Assembly: GCA_041648335.1 (NCBI GenBank)
Contig: JBAZPG010000003.1
Coordinates: forward strand, 10,605-74,604
DNA from: Candidatus Micrarchaeia archaeon
Lineage (GTDB): Archaea > Micrarchaeota > Micrarchaeia > Norongarragalinales > Norongarragalinaceae
Length of the DNA stretch: 64,000 bases
Direction: 5' to 3'
A program made the position numbers and the translations under genes. The notes beneath the pieces are model-generated. The model searched no databases, was not told the origin of the DNA, and saw only the letters and a list, made by a program, of their open reading frames with translations. This document shows, one piece after another, positions 35,419-44,089 of the stretch (positions within the stretch are counted from its first letter, which is position 1; every line of letters begins with the position of its first letter).

Positions 35419-37011
35419 ATGCCTAAATTCCTGTTTGTTACGGGTGGAGTTTTGTCCTCGCTAGGCAAGGGCATCTTCGCTTCGTCGCTCGCCCGCCTCC
35501 TCAAGTCGCGTGGCGTGAACGTCGCCCAGATGAAGATAGACCCTTACCTGAACTGCGACGCGGGCACCTTGAACCCGTTCGAGCACGGCGAGGTGTTCGT
35601 GACGCGGGACGGCTTCGAGTGCGACCTTGACTTGGGCAACTATGAAAGATTCCTGGACGTGTTCGCGTTGCGCGAGCAGAACCTCATGATGGGTTCGGCG
35701 TACAAGTCCGTGATAGAGAAGGAGCGCCGCGGCGAGTTCCTCGGGAAAACCATGCAGGTCATCCCCCACGTGACGAACGAGATAAAGCGCCGCGTCACCC
35801 GGGCGGCCGAGGTCACGAAGTGCGACTTGCTGATAGTGGAAATCGGGGGGACGGTGGGCGACATCGAGAGCGAAGTCGTGCTCGAGGCCATCCGCCAGAT
35901 GAAGTTCGAGCGCGAACGCGGCGAGGTGTTGTTCGTGCACGTGGCGCTCTTGCCCACGGTCACCACGGGTGAGGAGAAGACGAAGCCGCTGCAGCACTCC
36001 GTGAAGGAGCTGCTCTCGAAGGGGATTTCGCCCGACTTCATAGTCGCCCGCTCGAGGAACCCCATCGCGCGCGAGACGCGCGACAAGATTTCGCTTTTCT
36101 GCAACGTGCCCGCGGAATCCGTTTTCTGTTCGCCCGACTTGGCTAATGTTTACGGGTTACCCGTGCTCCTCGAAGGGCAGGGCGTAGCCGAAGCGGTCGC
36201 TGGACGCATGGGCTTGATGCTCGGCGCGCCAGCGCTCGGCGAATGGAAGAAACTCGTGGAACGCATGGATGCGGCTGAAAAGCCGTTGCGCGTCGCAGTG
36301 ATAGGAAAATACGCGACGATGCGGGACACTTACGCGAGCGTGTTCGAGGCGCTCAAGCACGCCGCCGCTGCGAACGGGGCGCGCCTCGAGGCGGAACTCG
36401 TGGACTCCGAGAAAATCGAGGCGGGAACGGCAACGCTCGCGGGGTTCGACGCGGTAATCGTGCCGGGCGGCTTCGGGGAACGCGGGGTCGAGGGAATAAT
36501 CAAGGCGATAAGGTTCGCGCGCGAGGAACGCGTGCCGTTCCTCGGCTTGTGTTACGGGATGCAGCTCGCAGTCATAGAGTACGCGCGCAACGTGCTGGGC
36601 TGGAGCGACGCGAACACCACCGAGATAAACCCCAAGACAACGCATCCGGTGATTTGCATCCTGCCCGAGAAAGAGGGCTTGAAGGAGCTCGGCGGCACGC
36701 TGCGCCTTGGGGCGTACGACGTAACCGTGGAAAAGGACACGAAGGCGTTCGAGGCGTACGGCTCCGAGAAAATCTCGAAGAGGTTCAGGCACCGTTACGA
36801 GGTGAACCCCGAGCACGTGGCTGCGCTCGAAAAGGCGGGCGTGCGTTTTTCGGGGCGGGACCCGAACCGCGAGATAATGAAGCTCATGGAGTTGCGGGAG
36901 CACCCGTTCTTCCTGGCGACCCAGTTCCACCCCGAATTCGATTCGCGCCTGGGAGCGCCAGAGCCGTTGTTCAACGCGCTCGCAAAAGCCGCGCTAACGA
37001 ACAAGAAATAA
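35419..37011 (+). CDS. pyrG: CTP synthase
   Basis: MPKFLFVTGGVLSSLGKGI..., DPYLN.DAGT.NP.EHGEVFV, and the C-terminal GATase domain GLCYGMQ...HRYEVN. Confidence 0.95.
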   Translation: MPKFLFVTGGVLSSLGKGIFASSLARLLKSRGVNVAQMKIDPYLNCDAGTLNPFEHGEVFVTRDGFECDLDLGNYERFLDVFALREQNLMMGSAYKSVIEKERRGEFLGKTMQVIPHVTNEIKRRVTRAAEVTKCDLLIVEIGGTVGDIESEVVLEAIRQMKFERERGEVLFVHVALLPTVTTGEEKTKPLQHSVKELLSKGISPDFIVARSRNPIARETRDKISLFCNVPAESVFCSPDLANVYGLPVLLEGQGVAEAVAGRMGLMLGAPALGEWKKLVERMDAAEKPLRVAVIGKYATMRDTYASVFEALKHAAAANGARLEAELVDSEKIEAGTATLAGFDAVIVPGGFGERGVEGIIKAIRFAREERVPFLGLCYGMQLAVIEYARNVLGWSDANTTEINPKTTHPVICILPEKEGLKELGGTLRLGAYDVTVEKDTKAFEAYGSEKISKRFRHRYEVNPEHVAALEKAGVRFSGRDPNREIMKLMELREHPFFLATQFHPEFDSRLGAPEPLFNALAKAALTNKK

Positions 37012-37028
37012 AAAACTGAAAAAAAGGT

Positions 37029-37046
37029 TCGGGCGCGCATGCGCCC
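37029..37046 (-). terminator. GC hairpin (CGGGCGC-GCAT-GCGCCCG) followed by a T-run on the minus strand
   Basis: It lies just downstream of the minus-strand gene stop at 37060. The minus strand continues AACCTTTTTTTCAGTTTTTTATTTC. Confidence 0.45.
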
Positions 37047-37059
37047 GTTCAACTGGTTC

Positions 37060-37497
37060 TCAAACGTTTTCCGCTGCGAACGCGCCGACCACGGCGAGTA
37101 TGCCGTCGACTATCGCGCCCATTATCGGAGCGACGATTATCGCGGTGACCGCTGCGCCTGCTGCGAACGCGCCGTAACCGGCGCCGTAACCCGCAGCCAT
37201 CAACTCAGCGGACATCCCGAAGCCCGAGAGAATCCAAATCGCCGAGATTATCCCGCCCACGAACCCGGTGACAACGCCCGCGATTCCGCCCGCGATGGCG
37301 GCGTGCTTGAGCGAGTACTTGTTGTTCTTCACCGCAATCCACCCGATGTATAACGGGATGAGGTAACCGATGAAACCCAACACCGCCAGCATGGGCGCGA
37401 GTATCACGAGGACGCTCAACGCGATTCCCACGAACACCGGTATCTGGACGAGTTTCCAGTATTCGCCGATTTTCTTTCCGCCCACGTCTTTCTTCAT
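37060..37497 (-). CDS. Gly/Ala-rich polytopic membrane protein, hypothetical
   Basis: From the internal ATG (MKKDVGGKKIGEYW...) there are 4-5 hydrophobic helices. GAGGTG lies upstream of this ATG and a TTTAAAA box sits at 37553-37559. Confidence 0.55.
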   Translation of the reverse strand: MKKDVGGKKIGEYWKLVQIPVFVGIALSVLVILAPMLAVLGFIGYLIPLYIGWIAVKNNKYSLKHAAIAGGIAGVVTGFVGGIISAIWILSGFGMSAELMAAGYGAGYGAFAAGAAVTAIIVAPIMGAIVDGILAVVGAFAAENV

Positions 37498-37595
37498 TAG
37501 TTCGCTTGCCAACAAACCCACCTCTTTCTTGAAGCGGGTTTGTTCGCGGCAGTTTAAAACCGTTCCGCGCGCCGCCCAAGCGTGCGGGGAAACCC

Positions 37596-37605
37596 TTTTT
37601 TTAAT
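37596..37605 (+). promoter_or_regulatory. TATA-like box for the minor-pilin operon
   Basis: TTTTTTTAAT is centred ~25 nt upstream of the ATG at 37625. Confidence 0.4.
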
Positions 37606-37624
37606 GCACGGGTTAAGCGTATTC

Positions 37625-38053
37625 ATGCGCGGACAGGCTGCCATTGAATACTTGGTGATAGTGGCGCTGAGCCTCGCGGTCCTCTTGCCGCTGTGGTTCT
37701 ACGTGGACACCAACCGCACGCAAGTAGAGGGACAGCTGCGTTTGGGTTACGCCCAGCAGGCGGTGAACCGTTTGCGCGACGCGGCCGACTTAGTGTACGC
37801 CCAGGGTCCACCCGCCCAGATTTACGTCGAGGTGAACGTGCCGCCCGGAATCGCGAGCGCGAGCGTCTCCGGAAGGGCCATATCCCTGTTCGTGAACTCG
37901 CAGTGGGGTCCGAACGAGGTTTATGCGGTTACAGTTGCGAACGTGACGGGTTCGTTGGAGTCGCTTCCGCGGTTCCCGGGGCCACGCACCATACTCGTGA
38001 AAGCCGAACGGGGTTTCGGTTCGTACTACGTGAACGTCACCGACGGGGTTTAG
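37625..38053 (+). CDS. Pilin-like protein with class III signal peptide (142 aa)
   Basis: MRG/QAAIEYLVIVALSLAVLLPLWFYV: a basic residue-Gly, then QxxxE[YF]L plus ~20 hydrophobic residues (DUF361/class III signal pattern). Confidence 0.75.
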   Translation: MRGQAAIEYLVIVALSLAVLLPLWFYVDTNRTQVEGQLRLGYAQQAVNRLRDAADLVYAQGPPAQIYVEVNVPPGIASASVSGRAISLFVNSQWGPNEVYAVTVANVTGSLESLPRFPGPRTILVKAERGFGSYYVNVTDGV

Positions 38054-38056
38054 GCG

Positions 38057-38449
38057 ATGCGGGGACAGACGTCAATGGAGTTCCTAGCTTTCTTCGGCAT
38101 ACTCCTCGGCATCCTCGTGGTGTTCTCGATTTTCTCGTTTTACAGGAACGCCGAGATGCAGGCGCGCGCCGCGGATGCCGCGGGTTGGAACGTGTGCAAG
38201 CTCGTCGCGGGCGAGTTGAACATTGCAGCCGCGGTGGGCGACGGCTACACGCACTCGTTCTACCTTCCCGCGCGCCTAGAGAACTCGCGCGAGTACCTCG
38301 TGTGGCTGAACTCCGACGAAAAAACAGTGGAGGCCGCTTGGACTGGAGGCGACTGCCTCCTGCCCGTGACCGCGGCTTTCGCGCAAGGCGAATTCCATAC
38401 CGGGCAGAATAGCGTCTCGAACCGCGGCGGGGTGGTGTACGTTGAGTAA
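38057..38449 (+). CDS. Pilin-like protein with class III signal peptide (130 aa)
   Basis: MRG/QTSMEFLAFFGILLGILVVFSIF. It starts 3 nt after the previous gene. Confidence 0.75.
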   Translation: MRGQTSMEFLAFFGILLGILVVFSIFSFYRNAEMQARAADAAGWNVCKLVAGELNIAAAVGDGYTHSFYLPARLENSREYLVWLNSDEKTVEAAWTGGDCLLPVTAAFAQGEFHTGQNSVSNRGGVVYVE

Positions 38450-39572
38450 GCGCGGGCAGACGTTCACCGTGGACTTCATCGCGAGCCTCCTGGTTTTCAT
38501 TGCGATACTCTTGACCGTGAACGCGCTGTGGGCGCACATCCTGAGCGACTCGGAGTACGCGCGCCAGCGGGGCGAGAGCGCCGCGCTCACGGCTGCGATA
38601 GCGGACGGGTTGGTGCGTTCGCCGGGCTCGCCCGAGGATTGGACCGCATCCGACGTGGAATCCGCGGGTTTCGTGGGAAGCGAGGCGCTCGTGCTCGACG
38701 CCCGCAAGCTCTCGGAGTTCCTTAACGCGGATTACGAAACACAGCGCGCCGCGTTATCAACCGGGGGTTACGGGTTCCGCCTCGAATTCTGGAACGCGGA
38801 CGGTCCCGAGTACTCGGGCGTGCTGCGCGAGCCGATAGCGTATTATTCGTACGCCGAAGAGGACTTGCTCCCGCTCCTGGATTCGTCCACGCTGGAATGG
38901 GATTATTATTGGGGCGGCGAAGGGGTGTTTGTCGAACCGGCGCACTCGAGCGAGGGCTTTTTCTACGCGGGCGGGCAGATTGCCGCGCTCAACGTCCTGC
39001 TGGCGAACCAGTCGAATTACACCACAATAATCATAGAAGCCGCGGCGCTCTCGGATGAAGGGCGCGCCGCGCTGGACTTGGAATCACTCCGCGATTTCGT
39101 GGAAACCGGCGGCACCCTGGTATATGTGGGCGACGGGGATGCCGCGGCGCCAGTGATAGAAGAGGGCTTCGCAGCGGAATTCGAGTTCAACGGGGAAGGA
39201 CGCGCGGGCGAGGCAACGCGCTCGCTCCTGCTCTCGAACGCCACCGAGGGCGAAGCCGTCTCAATGCCCGACTTCGGTTGGGCTGCGGCTGCGGAGGGAA
39301 TCGACGCCGCGGTATTCGATTCCGAAAACCCAGGGTACGCGCTCGCCGGCTCGTGGGAGTACGGTGTGGGACGCATTTACTATGTTGCTGATTACGACGC
39401 GGACTTCGCTGCCAACGGCACGTTCAACATCGTGGGCGCTCCGTTGGAGTACGGCTTCGAGCCGTCGGGTGCGGGCGATGTTTTCGTGGTTAACCGGCAG
39501 TGCGCGATAGAGGCGGACGGGGTGCGGCGCTGGGCTGCGCTCACGCTCGTCTTGTGGGAGGCGCGGAGATGA
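38442..39572 (+). CDS. Pilin-like protein (376 aa) with class III-type N-terminus and GATase1/ThuA-like motif
   Basis: TTG start; SKRG/QTFTVDFIASLLVFIAILLTV. Internal LESLRDFVETGGTLVYVGDGDAA. It overlaps the upstream gene by 8 nt. Confidence 0.65.
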   Translation: MSKRGQTFTVDFIASLLVFIAILLTVNALWAHILSDSEYARQRGESAALTAAIADGLVRSPGSPEDWTASDVESAGFVGSEALVLDARKLSEFLNADYETQRAALSTGGYGFRLEFWNADGPEYSGVLREPIAYYSYAEEDLLPLLDSSTLEWDYYWGGEGVFVEPAHSSEGFFYAGGQIAALNVLLANQSNYTTIIIEAAALSDEGRAALDLESLRDFVETGGTLVYVGDGDAAAPVIEEGFAAEFEFNGEGRAGEATRSLLLSNATEGEAVSMPDFGWAAAAEGIDAAVFDSENPGYALAGSWEYGVGRIYYVADYDADFAANGTFNIVGAPLEYGFEPSGAGDVFVVNRQCAIEADGVRRWAALTLVLWEARR

Positions 39573-42500
39573 AGGGGCTCGTCTTCACTCTCGAGGCGCT
39601 CTCGGCGTTGCTGTTGCTGCTTACATTATCGTACGCGCTCTCGCTTTCGACTTCGACGAGCGCCGAACAGGGCTACTCGCACGAGGGTTTGCATACGCTC
39701 GCCCAGGATTCCATCGGCGCGCTCTCCAAGCTGCGCCTCCGCGACGTGCGCCGCGACCCTGCGGTGGCGCGCCTGTTCGAGGACGGCTCGTTCTCAGAGG
39801 CAAACAACAACGACAGCGTCATGGCCGCGCTCGGCTCGCTTTGGGCTACGAACAATACTGGAAACGCGACGCTTGCGCGCGAACTCGCGCAGACGCTGAT
39901 GACGCGGGTGATGCCCTCGCATGTGAACTGGGCGGTCGCATTCGAGGGGGACATAATCTACAACACGAGCGCGCCCGCTCCCGAGCGCTCGCTCGCCGCT
40001 AGCCGGCGCATCGTCTCGGGCGTGAACTCGTCGCAGCCGTCCACGGGATGCGTGGCGCGCGCCTTCCTCCAGAGGATTCGCGGGAAGAACGAGCGCGCCT
40101 ACGCGTTCTTCGGCGGCTTCGTGGGACAGGGGAACATCACCGCCGTGCTCCGCGGGATTTCCGCGGATGCGGCATTCAACAGCCTCGTCGTGGAGTTGAA
40201 TGCGGGGAACGACTTCAACCTCGTGGTGAATGGCTTCGATTGCGGGGAACTCCACCGCGCGGACCCCGCGGACAATTACAGCGTGGACTCCTGGACCGTG
40301 ACCGACGAAGAATGCCTCTCGCAACTTGATGCCACGGCGTCCGAGAACAACGTCTCCCTGAATTTCACGCAAGGCGGCTTGGCCTATGCCTACGTGGGCG
40401 GCGGCTTCGTCGAGGCGGTTTACGAGACCTCGGAGATAACTCCCACGTGGTCTACGATGCAACGCACTTATCTCCCGGGAATCCAGGGGCTCGCGAATTA
40501 TTACGGCTCGTTCTACGTGCCCGGACAGCTCACGGGGATAAACGCAACGCTGCACTTCTACAACAATTACACCTCTTACTTCCGCGTGGGCAACAAGACC
40601 GTCATGCACAACCGCGGCTCGGCGAACGAACAGGTGATATTCATTCCGTACGCGAACTTCTCCGCGAACTTCACTGACGCAGAACTGAGTTCGCGCACCG
40701 TACCCGTGCGCTTCGAGGTGTTCGCGAACGCAACCGGGCAGACGGGTTACGCGGACGTGGTGCTAATCACGGACGTGTCCGGGAGCATGAACTGGAAGAT
40801 GAGCACGGACTACCAGAACGGCGTAATCCGCGCGTGCGACAACCCCGCATTATACGATTCCGACACCCAGCGCTTGAGCGTGGCGAAGTGCGTGGACAAG
40901 AGCTTCGTGCAGGCGATACTCGAGGGCGTGGGCAACCAAATTGCCCTCGTATCGTTCAGCTCGAGCGTCTCCAGTTACACCAACTTCTCCACCGACTACG
41001 ATTACCTCGAATCCGAAATAGACGGCTATACCCAGGGCGGCGGCACCTGCATCGCGTGCGCAATAAACAAGGCGCGCGAACTCCTCGCGAACAGCGCCGC
41101 GAACCGCACGCGTTACATAATCGTGATGAGCGACGGCGTGCCCAACTACCGGAGCACCGAGTTCTGCGGGGAGGACTGGCGCGCGGTTTCAGCGAACGGC
41201 TCCAGCACCGTGCTCGCCGCGGACTACAACGCGATAATCGGGCGGCGCAACGCCACGGGTTGGGCGCTCTCGGATATTTCCAGCGCGTCACTGTACGGCG
41301 TCTCGCTTGCGGCATCGGACAACGCATTCGCAGTCGGCTCGAGCGGAAAAATATACAAGTGGAACGGCGCGGCGTGGGCGCAGAGCACGGACACCGGCTT
41401 GAACACACACTATGCAGTTGATTATTACAACCCGAACGTTGCTTTCGCCGCCGGCTCCACGGGAAAAGTGTTCAGGTGGAACGGGGCGGCTTGGGCCGAA
41501 AGCACGGATACCGGAGACAACGTGCACTACGCCGTGGACGTGCTGAACTCGAGCTGGGTTTTCACCGTTGGCTCCTCGGGAAAAATATTCAGGTGGAACG
41601 GAGCGGCGTGGGCGGAATCAACCGATACGGGCTCGAACACATTCTACGGGGTGGCAGTACACAACGGAACCCTGGGGTTCGCAGTGGGCGACTCGGGAAA
41701 GATTTACAGGTGGAACGGCGCGGCGTGGGCGCAGAACATAGACACCGGAAGCAACACACACTACGCGGTGGCAGCGTACAACGGCACGCTCGCGTTCGCC
41801 GTGGGCTCCTCTGGAATCATATACAAATGGAACGGCGCGGCGTGGGCGCAGGACGTGAGCCCGACTGGCGCGGCGCTGCGCGGAATCGCGTTCCAGAACG
41901 GCTCCGCAGCCAAGGCGGTGGGCAGCAACGTAATCCTGTCGTGGAACGGCTCCGGTTGGAGCGTGGAGCGCTCGTATGCGTGCGACCAGGGCAACTCCTC
42001 CACGGGCGTTAGCTGCAGCGACAACGACGACTGCTCGCTTTCGACGTCGTGTCCCTCGCGGAACGCGAACTATTCCTCGTGCTGGGCACACCAGGAATAC
42101 GGCGCCGTGGTGTACGCGGTGGGCTTCGGCCCCGTGGCATCGTGCGCATTCGCCAACGCGACGCTGAACGCCATAGCCCAGTGCGGGAACGGCACTTACT
42201 TCGCGAGCAGCGACGCGGCCGAACTAGCGGACTTCTACCGGAGCCTGGCGCGCACCATAGTCACGGAATCGAACGCCTCCCAGGTGCTAAGCATTTCCGG
42301 CTCCATCAATTCCACGCTATTCCCCGACTCGTTCATAGAGTACTCGTTCATTCCCGATGAGCCGGACTATGATTACGGGGACTTGAGCGTGACCGTGGAG
42401 AACCCGCCGCTTCCGTCGTGCTCGGGTTCGGTTTACTTCCCGACGCAAATCAAGCTCGACTCCGTACGCGTCACCTCGTACTCGGGGGACAAGTGGACTG

Positions 42501-43102
42501 ACTTGGTGCGCGTGCGTCCCGAAGGCGGGGCGTGGGTCGAGGCGTTCAACCTCTCGAAATACGCGATGGATTACGAGGGCTTGGGCGACCCGTTCGCCGT
42601 GCAGTTCAACACCTCGCTCATCACGACCGGCGGTTACAGCGAGTTCAGCGTGCGCACCGGGAGCGCGTACGGCAACGCGAGCGCGGAGTGCCCGTCCGAC
42701 GACCGCGTGATTTACACCGGGCGCCTGCGCGCCCAAGTGAATTATTCCGGCGTCTACCCGGTGTGCGCCTCGCGCAACGCCACGGTGTACTACGACCTGG
42801 ATTACGACAACGTGGCGGACGGTTCCATCGGGTTGACCATCGGGAGTGCGGGCCTCCCGTCCGCGGGCGAAGAGTATGTTGACGTTGCAGAACTCGAGCC
42901 GGGAACGAACGCGGTCGACGACGCGCTGGTGCGCCTCTTGGACGCGCTCAACTTCCTGGGCGACGGGGACGAACCGTCGGGCTCGGCCGCGAACCCGATT
43001 GACTTGAAGATAGGCGAATCAATCAACCTCACGGTGATAGTCGGCCAGGGAGTCCCGTTCATGTGGGGTCCCTCGGAAGTGTCGGTGATGGTGTGGAACT
43101 GA
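39569..43102 (+). CDS. Giant (1177 aa) pilin-fused adhesin: prepilin-like N-terminus, vWA domain interrupted by a 7-blade repeat propeller, C-terminal beta-rich region
   Basis: MKG/LVFTLEALSALLLLLTLSY at the N-terminus. MIDAS motif DVVLITDVSGSM, then IALVSFSS, GGTCIACAI and RYIIVMSDG. Seven ~39-aa repeats (GSSGKIYKWNGAAWAQSTDTG.NTHYAV) follow, and the vWA resumes with VVYAVGFGP...FASSDAAELADFYRSL. ATGA overlap with the upstream gene. Confidence 0.75.
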   Translation: MKGLVFTLEALSALLLLLTLSYALSLSTSTSAEQGYSHEGLHTLAQDSIGALSKLRLRDVRRDPAVARLFEDGSFSEANNNDSVMAALGSLWATNNTGNATLARELAQTLMTRVMPSHVNWAVAFEGDIIYNTSAPAPERSLAASRRIVSGVNSSQPSTGCVARAFLQRIRGKNERAYAFFGGFVGQGNITAVLRGISADAAFNSLVVELNAGNDFNLVVNGFDCGELHRADPADNYSVDSWTVTDEECLSQLDATASENNVSLNFTQGGLAYAYVGGGFVEAVYETSEITPTWSTMQRTYLPGIQGLANYYGSFYVPGQLTGINATLHFYNNYTSYFRVGNKTVMHNRGSANEQVIFIPYANFSANFTDAELSSRTVPVRFEVFANATGQTGYADVVLITDVSGSMNWKMSTDYQNGVIRACDNPALYDSDTQRLSVAKCVDKSFVQAILEGVGNQIALVSFSSSVSSYTNFSTDYDYLESEIDGYTQGGGTCIACAINKARELLANSAANRTRYIIVMSDGVPNYRSTEFCGEDWRAVSANGSSTVLAADYNAIIGRRNATGWALSDISSASLYGVSLAASDNAFAVGSSGKIYKWNGAAWAQSTDTGLNTHYAVDYYNPNVAFAAGSTGKVFRWNGAAWAESTDTGDNVHYAVDVLNSSWVFTVGSSGKIFRWNGAAWAESTDTGSNTFYGVAVHNGTLGFAVGDSGKIYRWNGAAWAQNIDTGSNTHYAVAAYNGTLAFAVGSSGIIYKWNGAAWAQDVSPTGAALRGIAFQNGSAAKAVGSNVILSWNGSGWSVERSYACDQGNSSTGVSCSDNDDCSLSTSCPSRNANYSSCWAHQEYGAVVYAVGFGPVASCAFANATLNAIAQCGNGTYFASSDAAELADFYRSLARTIVTESNASQVLSISGSINSTLFPDSFIEYSFIPDEPDYDYGDLSVTVENPPLPSCSGSVYFPTQIKLDSVRVTSYSGDKWTDLVRVRPEGGAWVEAFNLSKYAMDYEGLGDPFAVQFNTSLITTGGYSEFSVRTGSAYGNASAECPSDDRVIYTGRLRAQVNYSGVYPVCASRNATVYYDLDYDNVADGSIGLTIGSAGLPSAGEEYVDVAELEPGTNAVDDALVRLLDALNFLGDGDEPSGSAANPIDLKIGESINLTVIVGQGVPFMWGPSEVSVMVWN
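41245..41970 (+). repeat. Tandem 117-bp coding repeats (7 copies; blade repeats)
   Basis: The core GTGGAACGGnGCGGCnTGGGC recurs at 41359, 41476, 41593, 41710 and 41827 (exact 117-bp period). Degenerate copies lie near 41245 and 41941. Confidence 0.85.
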
Positions 43103-44049
43103 AAGGCGTGCTGTATTCTATAATCACGCTTGCACTCATTGCGCCCGTGGTCATGCTCGCGCTTTTCTACGCGCAATACTCCGCGGTAGAGAGCCGCTTC
43201 CTGGTGGCGGGCGTGGTGGGCGAAGAGCTCGCGAACTACGCTGAATCGATTGACGCGGACTTCCCCCGCGCGCTTTACGTGAGCAGTTACGCTGCGGTAG
43301 TGGCGTGCGTGAACCACGCGGTGTCCGGCTCCGAGGTGGACGACGCGGCGGCACGTATAGGCGAGCTGGCGGTGAACGGCTCGTTTGACGGGGTTCCGTC
43401 CGAAATAATGGGGGGAAGCCAGACGAACAACACGCTCTCGGCGTGGGTCGAGCGCCTCGAAGAGAAGGGCGGGGCGTACGGGCTCGCGGTGGACGCGAAC
43501 CTGGATTACTACAACGCCACGCCGTTGAACCACCGTTACCTCCTGGTGAACGCGAACATTTCGGTGAACGCGTCCTCGCCCGGCTACGGAATCGGTTTTG
43601 TGCGCGTTTATTCCGCGCAAGCCGTGGTGGATTTGGAGGGTTTGGAGGACCCGCTCCTCCCGTTGAGGACAATGGGCGCAGCCCAGCGCGCGATGCACTT
43701 CAATACCACGAATGTTTGGGGCGTCGCGGCGTTCGACGACGCGGCACAAAACGGGTGGTACTGGCCGTCCGCGGAGGGCGCGAGCTTCCTGGACCGCCTC
43801 GAGGGGCGCGACTACACGAGCGAACGCTACGCAGCCCAATCCGACCAGGTAATCGGAATCCAATCCATAGTTGACGTGGGCTACCTCGTGGGACAAGAGC
43901 TGCCCGCGGACTTGAATAAGAGCGTCGTGGATAACCTGTACTTCAACAACACCGCGCCTTCGGCCTGGTCCGTGGCGGGTTCGGGGCTGTGGTGGGCGTG
44001 GCTCGACACTGAAACCGCACAGGCGTTGGGTGTGGAACTCGAAAACTAG
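43093..44049 (+). CDS. Pilin-like protein (about 318 aa) with prepilin-type N-terminus
   Basis: The GTG at 43093 gives (M)ELKG/VLYSIITLALIAPVVMLALFY. It overlaps the adhesin gene end by 10 nt. The exact start is uncertain. Confidence 0.6.
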   Translation: MELKGVLYSIITLALIAPVVMLALFYAQYSAVESRFLVAGVVGEELANYAESIDADFPRALYVSSYAAVVACVNHAVSGSEVDDAAARIGELAVNGSFDGVPSEIMGGSQTNNTLSAWVERLEEKGGAYGLAVDANLDYYNATPLNHRYLLVNANISVNASSPGYGIGFVRVYSAQAVVDLEGLEDPLLPLRTMGAAQRAMHFNTTNVWGVAAFDDAAQNGWYWPSAEGASFLDRLEGRDYTSERYAAQSDQVIGIQSIVDVGYLVGQELPADLNKSVVDNLYFNNTAPSAWSVAGSGLWWAWLDTETAQALGVELEN

Positions 44050-44050
44050 G

Positions 44051-44058
44051 TTTTAAAA
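44051..44058 (+). promoter_or_regulatory. TATA-like box for the assembly-machinery unit
   Basis: TTTTAAAA lies ~32 nt upstream of the ATG at 44090, in the only gap (40 nt) inside the locus before the ATPase unit. Confidence 0.4.
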
Positions 44059-44089
44059 CTCGCGTCGCTAATGGGTGTGGATAAAACAT

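Noticed and set aside
37370-37624. 5' extensions of the pilin-locus ORFs given by the ORF track (37370, 39500, 43063, 44075, 48279)
   Set aside because: The extensions overlap upstream genes or promoter elements and encode non-hydrophobic junk. Internal starts place the basic-Gly prepilin motif at the extreme N-terminus, as expected for class III signals.
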